A DNA stretch of 44,698 bases from the sequence record OR420686; one strand, written 5' to 3'. Position numbers and translations under genes: made by a program. This DNA is from Shigella phage 1b. Below the pieces are notes generated by a model, which worked only from the letters and a program-made list of their open reading frames with translations, was not told the origin of the DNA and did no database searches. Below, in pieces: positions 36,215-44,698 of this stretch; the first letter of the stretch is position 1, and each line of letters starts with the position of its first letter.

Positions 36215-36538
36215 TTACGAATAAAAATTTGGATCGCGCGCTACGTCTACCAGATACAGATTGCTGATTCTGTTGCCGTAGTGGCCTGGTGTGCGCTGGC
36301 GGCACACAACGGCGTAGCCTGGAGGAATTGTATTGCCTGTCGCGATGATCCACGCCACGCGTGCGCCAGACAGCGTCTTGCCGTTGCATTCGATGCGCGT
36401 GCCGCCATCGGCAGTGTTAAGGTTGCCGATCTTGCAGCCTGTGGACTTCAGGCGAATGACGCCGGTTTTGCTGTCGTAGGAGAATAACTGGTTAGTCATT
36501 GCGACCGAAAAATCAATGGCTTCGAATGTAGTATTCAT
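36215..36538 (-). CDS. HNH_3/AP2-like protein, apparently degenerate (catalytic His not evident)
   Basis: YDSKTGVIRLKSTG...GARVAWIIATGNTIPPGYAVVCRQRTPGHYGNRISNLYLV follows the layout of HNH_3-type phage endonucleases, but the usual aHR and VDHxN positions are replaced. Confidence 0.4.
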   Translation of the reverse strand: MNTTFEAIDFSVAMTNQLFSYDSKTGVIRLKSTGCKIGNLNTADGGTRIECNGKTLSGARVAWIIATGNTIPPGYAVVCRQRTPGHYGNRISNLYLVDVARDPNFYS

Positions 36539-36720
36539 TTTAAATTTTCCTCATTGACTGCTATCGCGAAGCCGCGCGGGGTGAGCGACCTGATTAATTT
36601 GGTGCGGGCTGATTTGCCTCCGAGGCGACTATACTGCTTCGAGTACCCATTTTCAACGAAAACAGGTTTCTTCTCTGGCATACGGAAGCCGCTGCCGTCA
36701 AATAATGACCAGATAATCAT
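36535..36720 (-). CDS. hypothetical protein (61 aa)
   Basis: Small ORF overlapping both neighbours by 4 bp. Confidence 0.4.
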   Translation of the reverse strand: MIIWSLFDGSGFRMPEKKPVFVENGYSKQYSRLGGKSARTKLIRSLTPRGFAIAVNEENLK

Positions 36721-38141
36721 TTGCGCGCCTTTTTAGCTTTCATGTATTCCATCAAATCGTCCTGAATATCCCGCTTACTGTCGCGACGCTCGGCGACCAG
36801 TTCGTCAAGTGTGCCGCGCGCCTGGATAATGTAGACGAATACCGGACGAGGGTGTCCGGCTTGCATCTGGCGAACCGGCCCTATACGCTCCACAATCTGC
36901 GAAAAGTGCTCAAAGTTCCATGTGTCTGAGAAGATAGCAAGGTGGTGCCCACCATCCTGCAAGTTAAGGCCGTGACCCGCCGATGCCGGGTGCGCGAACA
37001 TGATGGGGATCTCGCCCCTGTTCCACGCTTCCATATCCTTATTGCCCTGCTTACCTTTACCCAACGCAACGCCGTGCGGAAATTTCTTCTTGAGACGCGC
37101 AAGATCATGCTTGTACTGGTACGCGACGAGCAACGGTGCGCCGTTCAACTCCTCCACGATACTTTCCAGCGCGTCCAGCTTAGCGTCGTGAATCTTCACC
37201 CATTCGTCGGTGCGCTCACCGTCTTCGTCCACCTTATACACGGCCCCGGAAGCAAGCTGAAGGCACTTGATAGTCTTCGACGCAGCGTTCGCCGCCTCCA
37301 CTGTTCCGCTTTCCAGTTCCGCAAATAGCTCCGCTTCGAACTGGTCATAAATCTTGCGGGCTTTCTTCGGCAGGTCCACAACAACCGGCGTATATATTGG
37401 CTTGTCACATCCGAAGTATTCAGCCGCATCAACGGTTAGCGACACGTCTGACAGGCGTTGTTGTATTTCTTTCTCGGAGTTTTTTAGCGGGGCGTGCTGC
37501 ATAGTGAAGCTGCCAGGCTTAACCGGCTTGCTAATAAACCAGCGGTCTGTGAACGCCTTATAGCTACTGCCGAGGCGTTCTCCACCGTCGACAAACCACG
37601 TCTGACCCCATAGGTCTTTCAGTCCGTTTGGTGCGGGTGTGCCGGTAAGGTTAATCCAGCGTTTGACGTGCTTATGCGCAATAGCCGCCAGGGCGCGGGC
37701 GCGCTTACTGCCCTGCTTGCTGCGGTAGCCTTTCAGCTTAGTGGATTCATCGGCAACAACGACCGTAAAGGGCCACTCGTCGCCGCAATAGTCAACCAGC
37801 CACTCAACCACATCATAGTTAACACAAACCACGTTAGCGTCGCTCTCAAGCGCAGCGATGCGGTCCTTCTCTGGTCCGGTGCCGTCTACTACCAGCAGGG
37901 CAGGGAAGCGCCATTTTTCTTGCTCCGGGGGCCATGTACCGGACGCAACGCGCAGCGGGGCCAGCACCAGTACGCGGTCCTCCTGGTTGGACAGGATGCC
38001 AGTCTGGAACATTTTATTCAGTGCCCACATGGTCGCGCCGGTTTTACCCGACCCCATTGTCGCCCATATATTGCATCGCTTGTGCTTGAGGATGAACGCG
38101 GTTATCAACTTCTGATATTCGCGACGTCGGAAACGTGCCAT
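36717..38141 (-). CDS. SNF2-family (DEAD/DEAH-like) helicase
   Basis: Track ORF trimmed to MARFRRREYQ; Walker A WATMGSGKTG, DExx box VVADESTKLK, TGTPAPNGLKDL motif, C-terminal helicase domain (FAHPASAGHGLNLQ). Confidence 0.85.
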   Translation of the reverse strand: MARFRRREYQKLITAFILKHKRCNIWATMGSGKTGATMWALNKMFQTGILSNQEDRVLVLAPLRVASGTWPPEQEKWRFPALLVVDGTGPEKDRIAALESDANVVCVNYDVVEWLVDYCGDEWPFTVVVADESTKLKGYRSKQGSKRARALAAIAHKHVKRWINLTGTPAPNGLKDLWGQTWFVDGGERLGSSYKAFTDRWFISKPVKPGSFTMQHAPLKNSEKEIQQRLSDVSLTVDAAEYFGCDKPIYTPVVVDLPKKARKIYDQFEAELFAELESGTVEAANAASKTIKCLQLASGAVYKVDEDGERTDEWVKIHDAKLDALESIVEELNGAPLLVAYQYKHDLARLKKKFPHGVALGKGKQGNKDMEAWNRGEIPIMFAHPASAGHGLNLQDGGHHLAIFSDTWNFEHFSQIVERIGPVRQMQAGHPRPVFVYIIQARGTLDELVAERRDSKRDIQDDLMEYMKAKKARK

Positions 38142-38145
38142 ATCT

Positions 38146-38370
38146 TTATTCCGCCTTTTTCCAGACTTCGGTTTCACTGTTCCAGTTCCTTTTTGTGGCG
38201 TCGTAGTTGGTGCTGTGCCCGACGTGCACACCCGTCGCCCGGAAGCTCTTAAATTTTTGCCAGCACACCGTCAACGGCAGCGGGGAATTCATGCCAGCAA
38301 TAAACCATACGCGATCGCCTGGTTTACATTCGCCCAGCTTGGTGAGTCGGTAATGTTCTTTCATCGTCAT
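38146..38370 (-). CDS. hypothetical protein (74 aa)
   Basis: GGAGAC RBS; stop 5 nt before the helicase start. Confidence 0.5.
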   Translation of the reverse strand: MTMKEHYRLTKLGECKPGDRVWFIAGMNSPLPLTVCWQKFKSFRATGVHVGHSTNYDATKRNWNSETEVWKKAE

Positions 38371-38407
38371 GTCTCCGAAAAATGGCGGGACAAGCCCGCC
38401 GTATTAA

Positions 38408-38581
38408 TTATTTTTGCTCTGCGCGGTAGCGGCGCTGCCGTTCGCGCTCTTTTTTATTGCGGCATGATTTGCACTCTGCCCGATACCCGTCCGGGCTTCG
38501 CGCAGTCTTACCGGTGTATTTATGGAACTGGGATAGCGGTTTAACGCAGCCGCAATTACTGCAGCGTTTTTCTTCAATCAT
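38408..38581 (-). CDS. small zinc-ribbon protein (57 aa) with basic C-terminus
   Basis: Track ORF trimmed to MIEEKRCSNCGC (GAGGA RBS); two CxxC pairs; resembles the N-terminal zinc-ribbon repeats of the HNH protein at 38897..39499. Confidence 0.5.
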   Translation of the reverse strand: MIEEKRCSNCGCVKPLSQFHKYTGKTARSPDGYRAECKSCRNKKERERQRRYRAEQK

Positions 38582-38621
38582 TTCGAAAATCCTCGATAGT
38601 GCTAACCGGCCCACTATACCG

Positions 38622-38900
38622 CTATGCGACCAATTCAGCAACCAATAAATCACAGTCGGCTATGTTGTCGATGACGCGAACGTCCGCACCGCGGCGGGCC
38701 ATTCGCTCATGTTCTCGTACCTGGTGCGGCTTCGGTTTGCCACCGGGGCGCTTCACTTCGACGAACACTATTTTGCCGTTGATGATAATAATCAGGTCGG
38801 GCGCACCTGCGCGCCCCTCCCATGCCAGTTTTCGGCAGAATCCGCCAACGGCTTTAACCAGCTTCATCAGGTGACTTTGAATTTTGCCTTCTGGAGTCAT
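38622..38900 (-). CDS. VRR-NUC domain nuclease
   Basis: Track ORF trimmed to MTPEGKIQ (AAGGAAAAG RBS); PDLIII...VFVEVKRPGG...EHER matches the VRR-NUC PD-(D/E)XK pattern. Confidence 0.7.
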   Translation of the reverse strand: MTPEGKIQSHLMKLVKAVGGFCRKLAWEGRAGAPDLIIIINGKIVFVEVKRPGGKPKPHQVREHERMARRGADVRVIDNIADCDLLVAELVA

Positions 38901-39499
38901 TGTCGGCTTTTCCTTACGGCAGCTATGGCGGGGCCAATAAACTTCCGCATTTCGTCCGGGGTAAACCGGTCCCCGCGGGCTATGTTGCACTCTACGCAGC
39001 ACGGTACGCAGTTATCCTTCGTATGACCTACCGTGTTGTCGAGTCGGTCCGCGCCATTGTCACCGGAGAACCCGCAGTATGCGCACGGCTGAGAAGTAAG
39101 GCGCAGCACGTCATCTGTAGTAAGGTCGGTGTTTAGCCCTTTCCTTTCGTCTGCCTTACGGTACTGAAAGAGCTTATAGTAAGCGCGGATCTCTGGTGTC
39201 CGGTGGTTGTACTCACGGCGGGACTTATTAGAGCACGATCGGCATTCTTTACGAATATGTGACCCGTTTGCCCGGCTTCCGGGCCGGAAGTTTTCCGGCG
39301 TGAGCGGCTTGCGCTCACCGCACGTACGGCATGTTACGATCTCCCCGGTGTACTCTCGCCATACTTCTCTCGGCGGCGCTCCTCTTTCCTTATCCCGTCT
39401 CTCTTTCTTATATGCCGCCATGCATTTGGCGCACCACGACTGGCCCTTGTTGAAAGCGGACTCATCTTTATCCGTATTACAACGCCCACAATGTTTCAT
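38897..39499 (-). CDS. HNH endonuclease with two N-terminal zinc-ribbon repeats
   Basis: Track ORF trimmed to MKHCGRCNTD (GGGGGTG RBS); C-terminal CAYCGF...DRLDN...GHT.DNCVPCCVECN is a canonical HNH motif. Confidence 0.8.
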   Translation of the reverse strand: MKHCGRCNTDKDESAFNKGQSWCAKCMAAYKKERRDKERGAPPREVWREYTGEIVTCRTCGERKPLTPENFRPGSRANGSHIRKECRSCSNKSRREYNHRTPEIRAYYKLFQYRKADERKGLNTDLTTDDVLRLTSQPCAYCGFSGDNGADRLDNTVGHTKDNCVPCCVECNIARGDRFTPDEMRKFIGPAIAAVRKSRQ

Positions 39500-39566
39500 A
39501 TACACCCCCGAAAAAGAAAACGCCAGACAATAATGCCCGACGTTTCCGCTAAAAGCAACATTTCCG

Positions 39567-41858
39567 CTACTTGCGGTAGCGATACATGCAATCGCCCTCT
39601 GCGGCAAGCGGGAAGCCTTTCGCCCAAACAGGCAGGTCGCACATCAGCGCGCATAGCTCCTCGGTCGTGTAGTCGTCAGTATCCGGCACTTCGGTTATCA
39701 ATTCATCGTGCACTGACAGTACGATCTCATAGCCCGCGGCTTCAACACCCGGCATGGACCATGCGAGAATATCGCGACACAGCGCCTGCACGATGTTCTC
39801 CGTCAGTTTGCCGCCGTAGGTATACTGGAAGCCCCACTGGCGCGTAGTCTGATTCTCGCCCTGGTATTTGATGCGGGTACTTGTGCGCTTCTTGCCGGTG
39901 TCTTCGTCGATCTCAGTCGTGACAGACAGCGCGATGCCGGGATAGCTCATGATGCGCCCCGACGGCAACTCAATTTTCAACCACCACCCTGCGGCGTTCG
40001 GGTCGTCGCGCTCCTCGTCGAAGGTTGGGTCATGCTTCGACTTCGTGCGGACTATCTTGAGCGCTTTCTTACCATCCGGGCGAACGTTCGCACCCGCCCA
40101 GTATGCTTTGCCAGGATTGCGGATTGCGCAGAGCACCGCGTCTTCCAGTTCGGCCCAAAATGCAACCGTCATCGGGTGAGACTCACGCCACATGCGTTTG
40201 ATCGCGTCACACGTCAACCACACGTTTTTCGGCAGTATGTAAGTTGGGCGCTCGTCTTTCTTGCCAGGCTTCGGCGGGCGCTTGGCTTCGTTAATGCGGG
40301 CATACTCATAACCACGTTTCGCCGCGGCCCAAATATGATCGGGGAATGTGCCCTTCATGACGTCCGCCATCGCATACAGGTCGAGGCCCAGGTTTTTAGC
40401 AAACTGCAGGAACGCTGCAACACCGCCACCATAGCCCAACCCCAATTCGCACGCCTTACCAATCTGGCGCAAGTCTTTGCGGTTGGCTTTGATGTATTCC
40501 GGGTCGAGGCCAAACATCTTACCGGCAGTCTCACAATAGATATCACGACCGGCCTTAAACACCATTAGCGCGGTTTTCTCGCCAGCGATCCAGGCAAGCC
40601 CGCGACCTTCCACGTTAGAATAGTCAGCTACAACAAACTTCTTGCCCTTAGCCGGAATAATGCACCCGCGAACGGTCGAGGCCGTTAACTTCGATATGTC
40701 ATACGCCCAGTGCGCTGTCCCGCGTAACAGGGAGTTGATGCCGTTGGTGAGCATGTGCGACCGGACCCAAAAAGAAACGTCGCTCTCTCCCTCGCGGCGC
40801 TTAATCTTCCCTTCGTGGTCGTCGCTATACTCGCCGCGCGCCAGGTTTTGCGGCTGGAAGCCTTTACCCGCCCAGCGTAGCGTGCGTTTTGCCCCACCAT
40901 ACTGGAGACACCCACGACGGCGACCATCGGCGGATAAGCCATTCACGAGCGGATTATACTTAGTCGATGCCGTTGATGACGCACCGAGGCGCATCTCGAT
41001 AAGCACTTTGCCTTCGTCGGGGAAGTCCGGGTCTTCCAGCAGGTCGTTAAGTGTGGATTTCTGCGCGTTGTGGATTGTGAACGCAGGCGCCAGGTCGCGC
41101 AGCGCTGGCAGGAAGTCATTGCCGGTCAGCTTACCGCCGAAGCGCTCCCATGCTTCTTCCTTCAATTCTTCCTTATGCGCCTGCACCGCTTTGATCGCGG
41201 CGTTCGCCAGGTCAACGTCCACATAGAAGCCGCGGTCGTTGATCAACTGGTCAATAAGCAGGATTTCATCTTCCTTCGGCGTGTTGCCCCAGTCCGGTAT
41301 ACGCCAATAGACTTCCCTCATCGCGATGATATCCAGCGCGGCATAGCGCAGGAATTTAGCCCATTCGTCAGGGTGCGTCTCGCGGGTGTAGCGGCGAATT
41401 TTGTATGTCTTAGGGGTAGGCTTACAGAAGCGTTTGATCAGCGCCTTGCCCGCCTTATCCTTCGCGTGCTCTGCGTCAACGCCCAGCACCTGGCACTGCA
41501 TATCGAGGCTACCAGGAAGCGCGTGGCGAAAGGCCATAATCATGGTATCTTCAATCTGGCTTACCGGCAGGTCGATTCCCCACTTCTCACGGATAACCAG
41601 GCGGTCAAACAGGAGGCCGTTAGCCATCACGATTTTTGCTTTCTTGCGGGATACCTGGCGGAGCGCCTTGCGCAGTTCACGCGGCATTGTTGGGGATTCA
41701 GTGGCGTCCCATGTCTGCACGCGGCCCTCGTCGATGGCGTATGTGCAAATCATAATCTCGGTTGTTGGGTGCTCTGCGTAGGCGTACGCCCCTACTTTCT
41801 TCAGGTCCACCCCGCTAAATGTCTCGGTATCGAGAAATAGGCGTTCGAAGTCTTTCAT
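39567..41858 (-). CDS. family A DNA polymerase (Pol I-like) with 3'-5' exonuclease domain
   Basis: N-terminal exonuclease motif FLDTETF; polymerase motifs including RQIGKACELGLGYGGG and VLSVHDELITEV; GAGGA RBS. Confidence 0.9.
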   Translation of the reverse strand: MKDFERLFLDTETFSGVDLKKVGAYAYAEHPTTEIMICTYAIDEGRVQTWDATESPTMPRELRKALRQVSRKKAKIVMANGLLFDRLVIREKWGIDLPVSQIEDTMIMAFRHALPGSLDMQCQVLGVDAEHAKDKAGKALIKRFCKPTPKTYKIRRYTRETHPDEWAKFLRYAALDIIAMREVYWRIPDWGNTPKEDEILLIDQLINDRGFYVDVDLANAAIKAVQAHKEELKEEAWERFGGKLTGNDFLPALRDLAPAFTIHNAQKSTLNDLLEDPDFPDEGKVLIEMRLGASSTASTKYNPLVNGLSADGRRRGCLQYGGAKRTLRWAGKGFQPQNLARGEYSDDHEGKIKRREGESDVSFWVRSHMLTNGINSLLRGTAHWAYDISKLTASTVRGCIIPAKGKKFVVADYSNVEGRGLAWIAGEKTALMVFKAGRDIYCETAGKMFGLDPEYIKANRKDLRQIGKACELGLGYGGGVAAFLQFAKNLGLDLYAMADVMKGTFPDHIWAAAKRGYEYARINEAKRPPKPGKKDERPTYILPKNVWLTCDAIKRMWRESHPMTVAFWAELEDAVLCAIRNPGKAYWAGANVRPDGKKALKIVRTKSKHDPTFDEERDDPNAAGWWLKIELPSGRIMSYPGIALSVTTEIDEDTGKKRTSTRIKYQGENQTTRQWGFQYTYGGKLTENIVQALCRDILAWSMPGVEAAGYEIVLSVHDELITEVPDTDDYTTEELCALMCDLPVWAKGFPLAAEGDCMYRYRK

Positions 41859-42025
41859 TGCTTAATCCTCACTACGGCGTCAGCGCTGCCGATCATGGAG
41901 AAGATACCGTCGGAAAGGGTTATCTCCTCGCCGTTGTTGCGAATCTCGGCAACGGTGAAATACTCGCCCAGCAATTTAGACCATACTCGCATTCCGACTT
42001 TTACTTCGCTGGCTTTAATGCGCAT
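41855..42025 (-). CDS. small hypothetical protein (56 aa); below the track cutoff
   Basis: ATG with AGGA RBS; TGA stop overlaps the polymerase ATG (ATGA arrangement). Confidence 0.3.
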   Translation of the reverse strand: MRIKASEVKVGMRVWSKLLGEYFTVAEIRNNGEEITLSDGIFSMIGSADAVVRIKQ

Positions 42026-42039
42026 TTTTCATTGTCCTA

Positions 42040-42064
42040 TTAAAAAGCCCGCATTAAGCGGGCC
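42040..42064 (-). terminator. rho-independent terminator downstream of the SSB-like gene
   Basis: ggcccgcttaatgcgggc followed by TTTTT on the minus strand. Confidence 0.5.
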
Positions 42065-42083
42065 TGAATAGTGGGCTTTGCCC

Positions 42084-42869
42084 TTAACGGCGGCGACGTT
42101 TGCGTGGTGCTTCGTCTTCGTCGTCGTCCTCATCATCTTCGTCATCGCGTGGCTTACGACGTTTACGAGGTTTCTCGTCTTCGTCTTCGTCATCGTCATC
42201 GCGGCGCTTGGATTTTTTGGACTTGCGCGGTTTGTCGTCTTCGTCATCGTCATCACGACGTTTTGACTTTTTGGACTTACGCGGGCTTTCGTCTTCGTCA
42301 TCGTTGTCCAGGTCTTCGTCGGAACATGAAGACCCGCCACCGCCGAAGGCTTCGCCGTCTTCACGGAATCGCAGACCCAGCAAGCCCGCCCCAAGACCCT
42401 TGCCGTTGGTATTGTTCCACGCCCAAATATCGAGGGACACGTTGCAATAACAACCGGAATAGATCTCCTGGCCTTCGATCTCGTCGCCTTCTACGGTCAG
42501 ACCTTGTTCCGTCTGCTTCTCGCCCAGTGACGTTTGGATGTTAGGCTGTTTGAACGATTTAGCGTTGATGTACAACATGCCTTCAAATTCTTCGGTTACT
42601 TCGTCACGCTCGTCACCGTCGCGAACTGCGCATTCCTTAGAATCCTGGGCGTAGTGGCGGTCCATCCACTTATCGGCATTCTTCTCGGATTTCAGCTTGT
42701 CGGTGAGCACTGCGCGCGCTGCCGCTTCCACTTTGTCCACCTGCGGATCTTCTTTATCAAGAAGAATCACGGCGCGGTATGCCGGTTTTTGTCCATCCTG
42801 TTTAGGGGTGTCACGTTCCCAAATTTTCAGGAAACATACGCGCACATTTTTCAGGTTGACTTTCGCCAT
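42084..42869 (-). CDS. ssDNA-binding-like protein (DUF2815/T7 gp2.5-like) with a long repetitive acidic/basic C-terminal tail
   Basis: Track ORF trimmed to MAKVNLKNVRVCF (GAGGAG RBS); N-terminus typical of phage gp2.5-like SSBs that pair with a DUF2800-type exonuclease; C-terminal 90 aa are alternating DDDDEDE and KSKKSKRR tracts. Confidence 0.5.
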   Translation of the reverse strand: MAKVNLKNVRVCFLKIWERDTPKQDGQKPAYRAVILLDKEDPQVDKVEAAARAVLTDKLKSEKNADKWMDRHYAQDSKECAVRDGDERDEVTEEFEGMLYINAKSFKQPNIQTSLGEKQTEQGLTVEGDEIEGQEIYSGCYCNVSLDIWAWNNTNGKGLGAGLLGLRFREDGEAFGGGGSSCSDEDLDNDDEDESPRKSKKSKRRDDDDEDDKPRKSKKSKRRDDDDEDEDEKPRKRRKPRDDEDDEDDDEDEAPRKRRRR

Positions 42870-42934
42870 TTTCCAACTCCTCATTTTCACATGTATCGGG
42901 GTTATTGGAAGCCACCCCGTTCGGCTTGGTTGCT

Positions 42935-42963
42935 AATTTACTTGGTTGCGCCTAAGCGGTCAA
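42935..42963 (-). promoter_or_regulatory. sigma70-like promoter (TTGACC-N17-TAAATT) with two TTGGTTGC motifs
   Basis: Read on the reverse complement; motif copies at about 42926-42933 and 42942-42949. Confidence 0.4.
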
Positions 42964-43202
42964 GCGTTTTTATTAAAAAGATTTCTGGTAACGTAGTTGG
43001 TCGCGTTCTCGATCCAGCTTAACGGCGGGCGGTTGATGTTCTTCTCCACCCAATCGACGGCAGCTTCGCTATAGCCGTCATCCAGCCAGCGGGTCGGATG
43101 TCGAATCATCCACGCCACCATTAACACGCCTTGCACGCAATGCAGGATAAATCCAAGCGCGCCGATAACAAACATCAATAAGATTGCGAATACTTTATTC
43201 AT
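42960..43202 (-). CDS. small membrane protein (80 aa)
   Basis: N-terminal hydrophobic helix (VFAILLMFVIGALGFIL); GAGGA RBS. Confidence 0.5.
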   Translation of the reverse strand: MNKVFAILLMFVIGALGFILHCVQGVLMVAWMIRHPTRWLDDGYSEAAVDWVEKNINRPPLSWIENATNYVTRNLFNKNA

Positions 43203-44631
43203 TACTTAAGTCCTCGTCGGTAGCTTCAGACCACGCGGGGCGCGGGTCGTCGATAGGAGCTAATACCGGTTTAGCCGGTGCGCGCGTGATTTTATCACAT
43301 AATTTTGCCCACACTTTCGGCTTCTCGTCCTTAAGTACCTTCTCAGCGTCGGTAGGACTGAGCAATGTTTCTTTGTACATCACATCGCGCTTGATCCTGG
43401 CCTTCGTGAAGATTTCGATCACTTCGCTTTCGTCCGCCCACTTGCGAATCCCTTCCTTTCCGGCAACCATCTTGAGGCCCAGCGATTCGCCATCCCCCGC
43501 CATTACCGCTTTGAATACCGCGGACTCGATAGCTTTGATGTGCTGGCGCATTGCGTCCAGGCCCTCATAAGCCTTGCGCAGTTCCGCAGCGCTCATAGCG
43601 CCGGGGGCCGCTTCTTTCTTACCACGCTTCGCACGTCGTGCCGCCTTCCGGGCTTCGCGGGCCATATTGCGGTCGTGATTGGCGCATTCTTCCTCTGTCG
43701 CAATACTCACGTCGTCGCCCAGGTCTTCGTCTGTTGCCGTTGGTGGGGTCATCGTGTCGATTGCGGCCTTCGCCCGGGCGCTGCACTGGTCTGCAAATCG
43801 GCACCACTGGCACGCATCGACGCTGGGCCGGAAGTCCGCGCGGGTTAGCCCCTTCTTGCCGCGGGCGTATGCATCGAGCGCGGCGATAGCACGCTTGGAC
43901 GCAAACTTCGCGAATATCTCCAGCGCTTCCACGGTAATATCCCACTCCGACGCCCCGCCGCAATACGGCTGGAAGATGACCAGGCGCACGGTTGTTATGT
44001 CGTACATAGTTTGCAGCTTGCGCAGCAGGCCGAGCGCGTACAACATAAGCTGTTTGTTTTCTTTCGCCTCGACCTTATGCCGCCCAGTCTTCAGGTCGCC
44101 AACAATCAGCATGTACGTACCGTCGGTCTTCTTCATGACCATGACCATATCGGCGGTGCCGAATGTCTTAACCCGGTTGCCGTCGATCTCGAAGCCAGAG
44201 TGTAGGACGCGGGTTAGTTCGGCGCGCATCTCAAGCTGAACAAACTCCGCCACTTCGAGGAGCGGTCGCCAGTGGTCGATGTACGCGTCGCACTGTTTCA
44301 CCATATCGTCATTGACCAGTACGCCGCCTTTCGGCGCTTTCGGGTGTGCCTTTACTGGCCCCTTACCTTCGTTCTCGACGTAACATCCTTTATATGTCTT
44401 TGCGGTTATCGTCTTTTCACCGGCGATAATGCGGTTTAGCACCACTTCAGATACGGTGTGCATACTCGTACCGTTAATCGCGGCCTGCCCGGATTCGTTC
44501 GGGATATCTTTTTCTACCACCAGGGCGGCAGGGCAACCCATCCATTTTTTAGCACCGGATGGACCAAGTAATGAGTGTTCCGTATTGCTACCGGATTGCG
44601 TTTTACGTTTTGGTTTAATCGCCATGGACAT
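43195..44631 (-). CDS. PD-(D/E)XK exonuclease (DUF2800/RecB-Cas4-like) with C-terminal Cys cluster
   Basis: N-terminal LLGPSGAKKWMGCPA signature, GTADMVMV and IVGDLKTGRHK...QLMLYALG nuclease core, CQWCRFADQC cysteine motif. Confidence 0.7.
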   Translation of the reverse strand: MSMAIKPKRKTQSGSNTEHSLLGPSGAKKWMGCPAALVVEKDIPNESGQAAINGTSMHTVSEVVLNRIIAGEKTITAKTYKGCYVENEGKGPVKAHPKAPKGGVLVNDDMVKQCDAYIDHWRPLLEVAEFVQLEMRAELTRVLHSGFEIDGNRVKTFGTADMVMVMKKTDGTYMLIVGDLKTGRHKVEAKENKQLMLYALGLLRKLQTMYDITTVRLVIFQPYCGGASEWDITVEALEIFAKFASKRAIAALDAYARGKKGLTRADFRPSVDACQWCRFADQCSARAKAAIDTMTPPTATDEDLGDDVSIATEEECANHDRNMAREARKAARRAKRGKKEAAPGAMSAAELRKAYEGLDAMRQHIKAIESAVFKAVMAGDGESLGLKMVAGKEGIRKWADESEVIEIFTKARIKRDVMYKETLLSPTDAEKVLKDEKPKVWAKLCDKITRAPAKPVLAPIDDPRPAWSEATDEDLSNE

Positions 44632-44698
44632 TCTTTGGGTTGGTGATGAAATTGTAATTGACTTCCCACAAGAATATTGTGAACCTGAGTATCTATAA

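Noticed and set aside
36717-38231. Helicase starting at 38231 (MCTSGTAPTTT...)
   Set aside because: The extension overlaps the upstream 74-aa gene (38146..38370) and is low-complexity; the ATG at 38141 (MARFRRREYQ) lies just after that gene's stop.
1-44698. Lysogeny module (integrase, CI-like repressor, attP) or cargo toxin/antibiotic resistance genes
   Set aside because: No tyrosine or serine recombinase motifs, no repressor/Cro pair and no recognisable resistance or toxin genes were found; the HTH proteins present are not adjacent to any recombinase.

Overview
This 44.7 kb window reads as a near-complete, gene-dense genome of a tailed dsDNA phage with a lambda-type siphovirus tail module; no integrase or repressor was recognised. 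Plus strand (about 1.2-33.3 kb): an HTH protein, a primase-polymerase/helicase, small early genes, holin and endolysin, an HTH-metallophosphoesterase, terminase small and large subunits, portal, head morphogenesis protein, an overlapping spanin pair, scaffold, major capsid, head-tail proteins, major tail protein, a tail assembly chaperone with a -1 frameshift extension, tape measure, M/L/K/I/J-like tail tip proteins and a tail fibre with a C-terminal chaperone domain. Minus strand (33.3-44.7 kb, continuing into 1-831): a replication/recombination module with a PD-(D/E)XK exonuclease, an SSB-like protein, family A DNA polymerase, two HNH-type proteins, VRR-NUC, SNF2 helicase, Dam methyltransferase and a HAD hydrolase. 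Main hunt results: two non-coding loci carrying GCGGGACA iteron-like arrays plus a shared ~57 bp stem-loop, a TTGGTTGCA motif recurring at promoter regions, a divergently transcribed two-gene insert inside the head module, and an opposite-strand lipoprotein gene next to the tail fibre gene. All functional calls rest on motifs I recognise by eye; no database search was run. CDS coordinates follow the supplied ORF track; coordinates of small motifs are hand-indexed and may be off by a few bases.
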